In this document: positions 36,816 to 64,000 of the stretch, piece after piece | Numbering within the stretch: position 1 is the stretch's first letter | Layout of the letters: the number at the start of each line of letters is the position of its first letter | NCBI GenBank assembly: GCA_963693365.1 | Contig: CAVNZM010000002.1 | Coordinates: forward strand, 1,116,001 to 1,180,000 | Length of the DNA stretch: 64,000 bases | From: Amoebidium appalachense | Taxonomy: Eukaryota; Protista; Ichthyosporea | Direction: 5' to 3' | Notes under the pieces: model-generated | Told to the model about the DNA's origin: nothing | Database searches by the model: none | The model's input: only the letters and a program-made list of their open reading frames with translations | Position numbers and translations under genes: made by a program

Positions 36816-38055
36816 GAGCGTGTGTGTCTGTGCATGTGCGTGTGCGTGTGCGTGTGTGTATGTGTGCCTGGTGTGGATGGGTGTGTGGGTGGGTGGGTGG
36901 GTGGGTGGGGGGGGGGGGGGGGACAAAATATCGGAGAGGGTGTGTAGTGCAGTATTACCACAGCATATACCACTATTTGCAGGTATGTGTGGTTGCTACA
37001 GACCTGAGACTCCAGCATAAGCATACAGCACACTCGTGTTGCTAAAATTAGCACATGCCTCACTGCATGTCCCCGCGTCCACGGCAATGTTTCTTTCCAG
37101 CCAATAGGATGAGGGTATTTCAGTGCTCATGTCTGGTGATTGGCTGGCTGCTCTGTCCGGGTTACGCCGTACATAGCAGCCGATGAAGGAAAATCCGGTA
37201 ATTGTGAAGTTAACCCTGTCTTGAAGCTCCCTCTCTGCATGATATATGATTTAGTGCTGTTCAAGTGCCTTCCAAATGATAGAAAGGAAAGGATTGGGGG
37301 GGGGGGGGGGGGGGAGGGGGGGGGGGAGGGGGAAGAGAGGTAAAAAACCGCGGACATTCAGCATTTTCGAGGGGGTCTGAGAGGACAAACTGAGTGATAC
37401 GATGGTATTAGGATGCCTCTCCTGCACATGGCTGGGTGTTGCACTTTTCTATCTTGAAATTCTCTCCCACACACGCGCTTCCTCCGTTTGTTGGTCATGG
37501 CAGTGTGCATTTGCGCAAATACGCCTGCACACCGCCACCACACGTAGCATTGCATGGGTGCAGAGGGTACCACCAACTCCACCCCCCGTCGGTTTTTCAG
37601 TGCCTGTCGTGTTGAAAAACGCAATCATTTTGGTTACTTAGTTCATCCTGGTAATCACATTCCATGGTGCTACCCTCTGTGCCTTTGTGTTGGTTGGAGC
37701 CCACACATGCTCTGCTTTGTACGGAACACTGCTGGTGGCGGTGGTTGTGTTTTTGGCTTGCTGAAATGTCCATAGTTAACCTAAAAGGCATATGCGCATG
37801 CACATAGCGTATATAATTATAATGTTGAAAAGCTGGCAAGGAAAATCTACCCGTCTCTACGTTCGTGCCCACTGTGACATTTTCCGTAGCGAACTCGCAC
37901 GAGATGCATAGCTGCCCGTGTACAATCTTCTACATAGCAGCAGATAGCCTTGAAGGGTATACGGCTTCAGACACATGTGTACCAGCCTACTTGATTACAG
38001 ACAGATAAACAGAGATGATCCAATAATACTGACAGCATGTTTGCAGGGTTATTGA

Positions 38056-39373
38056 TTACTTACCATATTTGGTGTTTGTGTACACCTCCGTTTCCCATGC
38101 GCCACTGCGCGAATCGGTCACGTCTGCGCTGAGCACAATCACCTTAAAGTTGTTTGTGCACTGGCAGGTAGAGCCCTCAAGCCCCACAAATCTGTTTCCC
38201 CTACATACCTCCTTGCAGATATCTAGCGTCATATTGGACCAACCGCTTGCTGATACCGCACCGTAAAGATGGATGCCTGGAAACAGGTCTGTCTTGAACA
38301 CACCCAGGAAGACACCTCGATCTGTGACCAAGTAGAGATTAAGGATATTGGCCGCTAAAGTGCACCGTCAAAATAATATAATGCTTGAATGATGTCTCAT
38401 CAAAAAAATTTAAACTTGCAGTTTAAACCATCTAGTAGTATGGCGACTTGTTTGGAAGGAGGACTATATATAATAACTTAGCCTACATATGCTATATAGT
38501 CCTCCTTCCAAACATGTGCCGGTGTTGCATGCAACATATCAGGTCATGGAAAGTTAGAGTCTATGACCTCCGGCAAAATATCTAATTATTCCGGCATAAT
38601 GCAAATAGTGTAATAGTTCGGAAAGCATTGAACCAATATCATGACATTTGCACTTAGCTGCTACTGTAGTACACATGTTAAGTCACTGCTTGGCACATTG
38701 AATAAAAGTCTTACCTGCTGGAGTTACACAAATATCTGTGCCAGCCGGGATGGTTGTGTTACAGGCCAGGGGTGGATTTGTTTTGTTGTTTGCTATCATC
38801 AAGAAATCGGTTGTGGTCTTGTAATCTGTTGCAATGCTCTCGCATGTGGCCCCCGGGGGAGCAATTTTCGTTGTGATCATTCCTCGCCCACATTGTATCT
38901 GTCCTGGGGGATGCCCACTGTGTCAGTGAGAGTGTGTGTGCAGTTTGAGAAATTTGTGCTTGTTTTTGTGCTCATGTCTGAATATAACGGTGTTGATGAG
39001 TCTGTGTGAGAGAGAACTCTTCAATGGTGTATCTGTGCAGCTAAGGTGTGCATCTCTTTCTGTCACGGTGTGCGTGAGTTTGTTTATGTGCGCGCATGCA
39101 TGTGTGAGTTGGCACGTGCGTGTATGCCATGTGCGCGTGTGCAAGCATGTGTGCGTGCACGCGTGCAGCCGTGCGTGTATGAGTTGCACTGCATATCTGA
39201 ACCGTGCTTGCCCTGGCATGTGTGTGGCACTGCGTGAGCGTGTGCGTTTGTGTGCGTGCGCGCGACACTGTTAACGTTTCGTGTGCGTATGCATGTACTT
39301 GTGCCTTTAAATGTCTGTGTGCATGCCTGTGTGTGTGCCCGCGCGCACGTGCGTGCGTGCGTGCGTGCGTGTG

Positions 39374-39418
<45 letters not shown>

Positions 39419-39654
39419 GCGTGCGCGCGTGTGCGAGCGTGCGTACGAGCGAGCGTGCATGCGTGCGTGCGTGCATGTGTACGTGCGTGCGTGCCTGCCC
39501 GTGTGTGTGCGTGCGTGTGTGTACGTGCCTGTGTGCGCAAGTGTGCGACGTGCGTGCGTGCGTGCGTGTGTGTGCCTGCGTGTGCATGCATGTGTGGTGC
39601 ATGTGTTGGCGTGGCCTGTCTTCGTGCGTGCATGCGTGTGCGTGCCTGCATGCG

Positions 39655-39691
<37 letters not shown>

Positions 39692-40424
39692 GTGCCTGTG
39701 TACGTGTGGCTGCGTGCCTGCGTGCACATGCCTGTGTGTGTGCGCGGCACTGTGTGCATGTGTGCGTGCGCGTGTGCGTGCATGCATGCAAATATGTGCT
39801 CATACGATCGCATCACATGTGTGTATGGCTGTACTGAGGCGTAAGCATAATATATGGACACCAGCTGGGCACCGTAAAAACTTGTTGAACAGCCTGTGGT
39901 AATCATTATCATCATGCGTGTTGGTGGCGCGTGGGGACCAATTGGCAAAGTACAGCAATCAAAGCCCCCCAGTTTTAAATTTTTTGCTTCAACTATGTTG
40001 TACACATAATGTGTGTCCAAAGGTTTTTGCGTTTCATCACCTTTACATGCATGTACTAATGTTTGTTGTTATGATTATCTGCCACGCTAAGCCTTGAGTG
40101 AAGCTAATTAATCTTGATGAATCACGCACCCACATGGGCCCACACACACACACAAGTACAGCACACATAATTATATACACACACGTGTATGCACAGTAAC
40201 TGACGATGCGCATGTGCACACTTGCGCACGCACAAACCACCTCACTGTGCCTAGGCCTATGTGGCGCAGCATGGGCAAAATACGGTGCACGTGTACCACA
40301 AAACTTTAAAGCATGTCCGGAAATGTGTACTCACCTGTGCATGAAGGTACAGCTGCAAAACCACAAGAAAAACTCGCCACAGGACACGGGAGTCCGAAAA
40401 CGGCCGTGAATGTGCAACGCCCAT
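38056..40424 (-). CDS. LysM + WSC domain protein (partial model, possibly decayed)
   Basis: An exon ending at 38715 reads QCGRG...PGATCESIATDYK...LMIANN...ACNTTIPAGTDICV (Cys-containing LysM). It splices in phase to 38321-38064, FLGVF...MTLDICKEVC...FVGLEGSTCQCTN (WSC-like). A candidate signal-peptide exon 40424-40335 ends at GTGAGT; intermediate and downstream exons are unresolved. Confidence 0.6.
38449..38514. repeat. Perfect 22-bp inverted repeat in an intron
   Basis: TGTTTGGAAGGAGGACTATATA, a 22-nt spacer, then TATATAGTCCTCCTTCCAAACA. Confidence 0.85.
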
Positions 40425-41490
40425 CAGTGGTACCGGTGTTCCCACCCTTGGCCTATACAGTGGGCCCAATGATATTGGCATTTTTTTCGGTCAGCTGCAG
40501 TGGCCGAGCATCCCCGGCCCGCGTTTGCTAGCAGTTATAATCAACAGCATATATATCCGTTTAAAGGTGAGCATTGCATATGCACTTGAAACGTGCACTA
40601 CGCATACGCCAGTAGCGGCACATCCGGCCACGCACAAGTGTGCGGAGCATGCGCATGTGTCTCGGAGAGGCGGACCCGATGATGATGTCAAGTGGCTGGA
40701 CATGCATGTAAGCTGCAGCTCAGGGCTGCATCGGCTCTGGCCAGCTTCGAAGTTGGCAACACACACGCCCTTGGATCCATTGGATCTGCACCTGATATCC
40801 AATAAAAATAGGGGATCTTTTACCGGATCTGGCTATTGTGCATTTGTGCTGATGTGTAACAGCCTACTTTGACAAAATCCTTTTATAAGCAGCCATGCTG
40901 TCGGTGTGCAATGTTAGCTAAATAAGATCAAGAGAAGCTATTAATATAAAATGCTATGGAAATCCACATCTTTGACCCAATGCACGCCTATAACCATATC
41001 TCACCACTTGGGGTTTAGGTACTGCATTTTCAATCATATTTCAATCCCATTAGTCTAAAATCACGATACCAGATCTTTGCAACCTGGATTGGGCCGTCGC
41101 TCGAGCCAGATCTATCGATTCGGCCGTCGGTCCAGCTGCCAAAGTTTTAGTAGATGGGCCTAATAGAACCACCAAGCTGATAATTTTAATATCCAGTTTT
41201 TATAGAAATATACGGTTCTATTTTTTTCATCTTGTGTGTGTATGTATGGCTAACTGGGTTTTCAATAGAAACGCCGCGTGAGGAGGATCAGTGCAACCAA
41301 TGGAGCGTGGCTCATGACGTAGATAGACTAGATTATGATTGGTTATTCAAAATTACGCTGAGCCAGGAAGCAAGCGCAAAAAAATAAAACGTCACAGGCG
41401 AGCAGATAGGAGGATAAGTGGGTACGTTGTTTGAGCTCAAGGTTGTTTCAGTCAAGAAGGAAGAATTTTTCTCTTTGTCTGTGGAGAAGA

Positions 41491-57468
<15,978 letters not shown>

Positions 57469-57934
57469 GCCCCCGTCCTTCTCCTTTTTTTTTATTCGTT
57501 CTAAATTATTTTTCATAGCCTTAGCCGAATCCCAGCTATTTGAGACCTGGGAGAAGTTTGCATGTAGATGTGAACCCGTTGTAAATGTTATGTGGTTAGA
57601 TTTTGACGTCGTGCTCGGTTTTGAGTTTGGATTTATAGACGACAGAGGTGCGAGCTATGCAATTCTTGGCATATATCCTGCCTGTGTAAATAAATTCATG
57701 TTTTTTGACTGGCAGGTACCACCAAATGTTTTTAATTTTTTAAAAACCTTGATCGTGACCATCATTCATTTGCGTGTCACTAACTAATTGACTTTGATAC
57801 CGATAATAAAACATACATGTACACTGAATTTGTCTTTGCTGTGCACGCTAAACGACATCTGCAAGTTTGCAACAGGATGCACACTCTCACATCAGGTACA
57901 ACAGTGTACCACCTTCGAGCACAACACCACTATT

Positions 57935-57972
<38 letters not shown>

Positions 57973-58729
57973 TTCCCCCGGGCGTGCACATCAACACCAC
58001 CATTCATGTCGACGATGTGGTTGTGTTGTGGTACCGTACTCGCTGATATGTGTCGATTGCATGTAACTAGAATGTCCCCCTCCCCGCCTCCCCCCTCCCC
58101 CCCCCCCCCCCCCCCCCCCCCCACCCCCAGGCTCCCCCCCCCCCCCCCCCCCCCCCCCACACACACACACGCAAACACGCAAACGCACACACACACCTTG
58201 AAAAACTTTAGAAACCCGGGTCGATACATGTTTTCGCGTGCACCGGAGCACCGATCAGCTCGTCATGTCGTTTCTCTGTGTATGGCATTTGTTTGCATGC
58301 GCGCCTTCCGGGGCCCCAGGGCGTGCGTCTTGCATGCGTACATGCACGTGTGCAATCGCGCGCGGTCCGAGCGTTCTCATCATAACTGTCGAGGGTGCAC
58401 ATTTATCCAATAGGAATAGCGAGACGGTGAACGTTTAGCCAAGCGGAAGTGGCAATGAATTAGCCAATCAAGCAGTACATAACTAGCCATATACAGTATT
58501 TATGACGCCACATTCCATTCCTGAGAAGTCAAACGCGTTCCGTGAAAAGCGCTGGTGTTGTGATCGACACGGCGACGTCGACCTCGCTCGTTGTCCATTT
58601 CTTGATTTCAAAGCAAACAGCCAACTTGTGCGCACAGCGAAAAGACACCAACAAGCCTTTCTTTCGGTTTAAAAACACAAACACGCCCGCTTTTCCGCAT
58701 TTACTGTTCCCGTGCACTTTGTACATATA

Positions 58730-59640
58730 CTTGGTAGTGTACAAGTACTGTATCACCGAATTTCTTTTTCCCGTCCTGAGCAGTAGAATTCGAAGCAAAC
58801 ATGGCCGAAGCAACTTGTGCCAAAAACGAACACGGAGACACCTGCACTCGTGAGTTCGTAGGCCCCATGACTCCGTATCACTAGAGCGAGCCACTGCGCA
58901 TGCACATTTGCAGGGTGTGACTATCTTGCCGTCGGAGAGCAAAACTTAAAAACTCATGCTCTCAAGCATACGGGGGAACCTGGATGGATATAAGTGCCCA
59001 ATCGTCGGTTGTGAGTTTGCGAGCCCTTGGCAGAAGAATCCGTTCGAGAACCACATGAAGGCGCACACAGCAATCTTTCAGGTCAAGTGCAAGGAAGTTG
59101 GCTGCTTTTACATCTGTCCCACCGAGGCATTGCTCCTTGAACACATGAGGAATTAACGAGCACGTCGGTTCACGTGGTGAAGGACCGGCAACTTTCAGGT
59201 GTGCTGTGTATGACTGCAATGAGAATTTTCCTACGCATGCCGCTCTGACTCGTCACATTCCTCTTCACTTGAAGCAGCAGCTTTACAATTTGCCGCCAGT
59301 GTGGGGGCACATACATGCATGTCTGCACAGAGCTTCGAGGCACACAAGTGCAGGTGTGCGCGGAACTCTTTGCGCAAGAGGGTTAAAGGGCGGCCGTGTA
59401 AATGCACTGAACCTGGATGTGGGCTTGCCTTTACCCAGACAGAGCATCGCGATAAACACATGCTCATACACAAGGGGAGGCCCATGGTGAAAAAGATAAA
59501 CACCGGTGTTAACTTTGGCCTGGCCCATGGGACTCGTAAGGCTTGCTATGAATATATATGAGAAACAGAACATGCCGTCTGGTGTCTGCGCCCGAGTTGT
59601 CAAGGATTGAAGCTTCAGATCCGAGTTCCCGGACTGTTAG
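58730..59640 (+). pseudogene. Decayed intronless multi-C2H2 zinc-finger gene (paralogue 1)
   Basis: YKCPIVGCEF...HMKAH, KCKEVGCFY...H, CAVYDC...HIPLH and CTEPGC...HMLIH are spread over several frames with stops; colinear with 61400-61987. Confidence 0.8.
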
Positions 59641-60629
59641 CCTCAGATGAGATAGATAGATATAGTAAGCTAATGAGCAAGTCAGAGGGGGCTGCACCTA
59701 TATATATAAACAGAGCTTCAAGTTGTTTACGATTATATCCATATGATCGACAATGATGTGTTTGATTGAAAAAAACTGTACCCGTTGACAAGCTTCTGAT
59801 TCAGAACCAGCAGCGTGCTAAACTAAATTGTCCTCATTACTATTTCCGGTTCAGAGTTGGTTACATAATTGTCGTGCTTCAATAGAATGTTCAATGTCAC
59901 AGGATCCTATTCCTAATTAATGGTGTGCAACATGGTGATGTACTTATTAAATTGGTTCCGAGTATTCTCAGCTGCAGAATACATAAGTTTAGCTGATTAA
60001 AACCATTTCACACGTACAGGACTCCACGTGCAAGTGAGTTAATACTAATCATAATCAGTAGGCTACTACTATTATCTGTTAGCTAATTGCTATAGCTAGG
60101 ATATCAACAGCACGGACGGCCGTCCCTTCCCCCCCCCCCCCCCCCCCCCCCCCCCGGACCCCCCCCCAGGCCCCAAACCTCCTCTTCCCCCCCCACTCCC
60201 CCCCCTCCCCCCCCCCCCCCCCCGGCACCCCTGAAACCCTCGGCCCCCTCCCCCCCTCCCCCCCCCCCAATAATATGCATATCCCCCCGGACCCCCTCCC
60301 CCCGCGCTCGTCCCTCCCCCCCCGGGCCCCCCCCCCCGGGCCGTGCGCGCCCCTCCCCCCCACTCCGTGGTCTCCCTGTCAATGTCCTTCCGAGATAGCT
60401 ATTATTATTGTCTCCCTGGCCCGTGAATTTATGGGAGGCTATCGCACGACATGTACATGTATGTAGTACATTCAATCCTACACCAGGTTGGTATCAACAA
60501 GAGCACAGTGCCACACGCTTCCGCACCCACACAGGCAGACGCGAGCACACACGCACATGTACACACGTTTACACGCACGTGACACGTGCATGCACACACA
60601 CACACGCACGCACGCAGGCAGCACGCACC

Positions 60630-60708
<79 letters not shown>

Positions 60709-61007
60709 CACGCGCACACACACGCACACACACACACACACAAACACACATGTGGTGACACAGCGCTTTGCGAGCTGCGAGCTGATGAGATCGGATTACA
60801 CATCCCACTGACTTTGATCCAATCAAAGACATCGTCAAAGCCGATTGGATTACATAAATTCCGATGATAAACATGAGAGATGACAAACAGGACTTGAACA
60901 CTAGGAACAAAACACGAAGTTACACAGAGGAACACAGTGCCTGAACACACTTTCAGCACAGTTATTTACTGAGTCATACAAAGTAGGAGCCACTCAAAGT
61001 TAAAGAG

Positions 61008-61987
61008 ATGGCGGCCGTGAGCGCTAACTCTCTCAATGCTTCCGCGAGCTCTCCCAGCACATGCACGAAACTGAAAAGCACGGACACTAACACCTAACAC
61101 CCCAGAGCACAAGAAACCCCTCACAAAATATGCGTGCCTGCACCCAGGCTGCACAAAGGCCTTTACCTGCCCCCGCGATGTGAGAAGACACGAGCTAAGG
61201 CACCTGCCTAAATAACAGTGGCCATATAAGTCACTGTTGGTGAGTGTGACTTCGCAACAACAAAAGCATCACGACTAAAACGACACTAGTTGACGCACAA
61301 AAGCAGGGAGACAAGCATCAAAAGCAAATCATTTCACCTCACATTCGGGGGGTGTGATTACGTTGCGGACGAGGCACACAACCTAAAACCCATGTTTTTA
61401 TGCACACGGGAAAAGCACGGTTTAAGTGTCCGGTCGCCGGATGTGAATTTGCGACCGCCTGGCAGAGTCCCTTCGACACACACATGAAAGCACACACAGC
61501 AACCACTCAATACAGGTGCAAGGAAGTTGGTTGTTTTTACATCTGTGCTAGGGAGGGTTCACTTGTCAGACACACGAAGGAGGAGCATCCCAGTGAAGGT
61601 TCGGCAACTTTCCGGTGTGCTGTGCACGACTGCCGCGAGACATTTTCTACGCATGAGGCTCTAGCTCGCCATGTTCCTCTTCACCGGGAGCAGCAGCTTC
61701 ACAACTGCCGTCAGTGTGGGCGCAGTTACCTGTCAGAAACGGGGTTCGAGAAACACAAGACAAAGTGCTCAAAGGGTATTTTGAACAAAAGGGTTAGGGT
61801 GCGGCCGTATAAGTGCACAATGCCAAGCTGTGGAACATCGTTCACCCAAACAGACCACCGTGACAGGCACATGCTCATTCACAAGGGGGGGCCCGTGGTG
61901 AAAGGGGTGAGTATGGGGGCTTTATCCAAAAAACTGGTAGCTGTGGGCAACGCTGTTGTCGATGGTGATGAGAATGAGAGTACATAG
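61008..61987 (+). pseudogene. Intronless multi-C2H2 zinc-finger gene with disrupted 5' half (paralogue 2)
   Basis: ATG 61008 is followed by a 7-bp duplication (CTAACAC), stops and frameshifts through three fingers (YACLHPGC...HELRH and others). 61400-61987 stays open with five fingers. Confidence 0.8.
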
Positions 61988-63230
61988 GATTAGCTGCTGA
62001 CTAGGCCAACCCATCGAGTACTATGGGTGGGTCTTGTGGCATGATCGGTCGTCCAACTACTTCAATAATGAAGTAGATATTAATAGTTGGTTGACTAAGT
62101 ATATGTGTGGCTGCATATGGACAAACTTAGTACTCTTCTTAGAAAACAGATATTCGTGGGGTATGATGGCTTTTGTGTGGACACATAGTACGCTGGGCAT
62201 AGTACGAATCGGCAAAGTAATAAATATTTCAGTCCGAATGAGAGAGAGTGGAGGGAGGGAGGGATCTACTTGACACGTGTACAAGTGTGCAGGCCACCCT
62301 GCAGATCCAACACCCCTGTACAACCCCACACACCTACCTGCAATCTTGCTGACCCGCACACGTTCCAATCGCAAACCACTACTACTTCCCCCCCCCCCCC
62401 CCCCCCCCCCCAAACCACTACTACTTCCCCCCCCCCCCCCCCCCCCTCCCTCCCCTTTCCCGCCCTTGTGCAACCGTGAGTACGGCTCTCGGATTCACGT
62501 GTGGACCGATCATATCGATACTAATAAGTGCACGTGAGCGGCACGGGTGTGCACGTGCGGGCAAGGTTTCTTGAGGTCTGAGACACGAGGGGACACGGTG
62601 ATGTGGAGCCACGGGGGGGGGGGGGGGGGGGGTTTACTGCAACGCATATATTTATTGTCGAGAGATACAAAATCATGATTCCGTGCCATAAAAATGATAA
62701 ACACATAAGACATTCGATGATTTAGTTGGTAAGGCAATACCATTTGCTACCACTAACATAAACTGCAAATCATTATATTTGTTTAAAAAAGTCAAGCAAC
62801 ATGCCCTGCCTGCAAATATATATCGGTTCGAACCTTTGAGATCTGGGTCTAAGATGACAAACCTTAGTTCTCACAGGTGTAAACACACATTATATGCCGA
62901 CTTATTAAGGTGGTGTGGTATAAACATGATGTTTGGCTTCGCCTATGTATGGGCTACACCCCATTCTTAGACATGGATTAATCAAATATAAGTGCATTCT
63001 GGATATATATATATAAATGAGGCATTAGTTATTAACGTGCGTCTTGAATATTAATCTTAAATCCTATCAACCAACACACTAATGGTTATATAACATGCAT
63101 GCCGTTTCTGTTGTTGCATCGCGCGTCCAACTCTTGTATTTTATCTCAAATGTGTGCTTTTAGTGCCATCCACCTACATGCCAACCCCACAGGGATAAAT
63201 AACATAGCTATTCACTCCAATTATTCTCAA

Positions 63231-63267
<37 letters not shown>

Positions 63268-64000
63268 ACCACCACCACCACCACCACCACCACCACCACC
63301 ACCACACACACACACACACACACCTCCCCCACCCACCCACCCACCCACACACAACATCAACAACTGGCAACGAGAACAACAAAAACCTCAAGGCATCCAA
63401 AACCCACCTCGTCCTCCAGCACGTCACCCCCCCCCCCCCCCCCCCCTCTCCCCACCCCCCCCGCCCCACCACCAACCCCCGCCCCACACCACTCACCACA
63501 CCTCCAGCTCCCTCGACAAAAACCAACTGGTTTTAACCTCCACTCTTGCGTCACATCCCCGATGTCCCAGATACGGCATATCTAATAGGTGCAGATAAAC
63601 ATTTACGAAATTTCCATCCCTTTGGCACAAGCCTAGCGGGCCCCAAGCAGGCGGGAGGTGCCGGGTCCAAAAAACTCGTTGGCATGCTGTGGGGCAGAGG
63701 AAAAGGGGAAAAGGAGGAGCAGGGGGTGGTTGGGTGGGCGGGGGTGGTGGTGGTGGTGGTGGTGGTGGTGGTGGGGGGGGGGGGGGGGGGGGGGAGGGGG
63801 GGGGACAGCCCGTGAGAGGGTGTAAAAGGATAAAGAGGAGAGAAGTGGATTGGAGAAATGGAAAATGGTAGAAGGTGGTGGAATGTCCAAGAAAGAAGAG
63901 GTCGTGTGGGGCTGTGCGTGGTGGGGGACAGGAGGGTACAAACAGGTGAATGGGACGGTTAGTTGGTTTGGGGGCGGATAAAGGTAACATTCCGAATCCT

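Noticed and set aside
41040-41165. MITE ends upstream of DPYS
   Set aside because: Inverted match is short and imperfect, with no TSD.
63493-63690. Candidate minus-strand exon near the window edge
   Set aside because: Frame is ambiguous and no family is recognised.

Overview
Eukaryotic, intron-dense genomic DNA; the gene content is holozoan-like, and a unicellular holozoan such as an ichthyosporean is only a guess. It is saturated with poly-C/poly-G, (CA)n and (CT)n runs, so most entries in the ORF track are artefacts. Three spliced genes can be rebuilt by hand with GT-AG introns: Tim17 (5 exons, 10074-13491 +), an inositol polyphosphate 5-phosphatase with a C-terminal hydrophobic tail (about 16944-26326 +), and dihydropyrimidinase (20 exons including a 13-nt microexon, 41491-57468 +). 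Also present: a poorly resolved multi-exon gene on the minus strand (682 to about 9950), a LysM+WSC gene fragment, an intronless Lys-rich Cys/His-repeat ORF, two decayed intronless C2H2 zinc-finger paralogues, a Harbinger-like MITE, and a decayed Naiad/Chlamys-type Penelope-like RT element. The most interesting signals are three. (1) A dispersed family of short elements ends at poly-C runs, and its longer copies share a covarying, pseudoknotted RNA structure that matches no canonical ribozyme I recognise. (2) Exon ends plus their 5' splice sites are tandemly amplified in three genes. (3) Many 3' splice sites are built on (CA)n or G-rich tracts rather than polypyrimidine tracts. All calls are by eye; no searches or folding programs were run.
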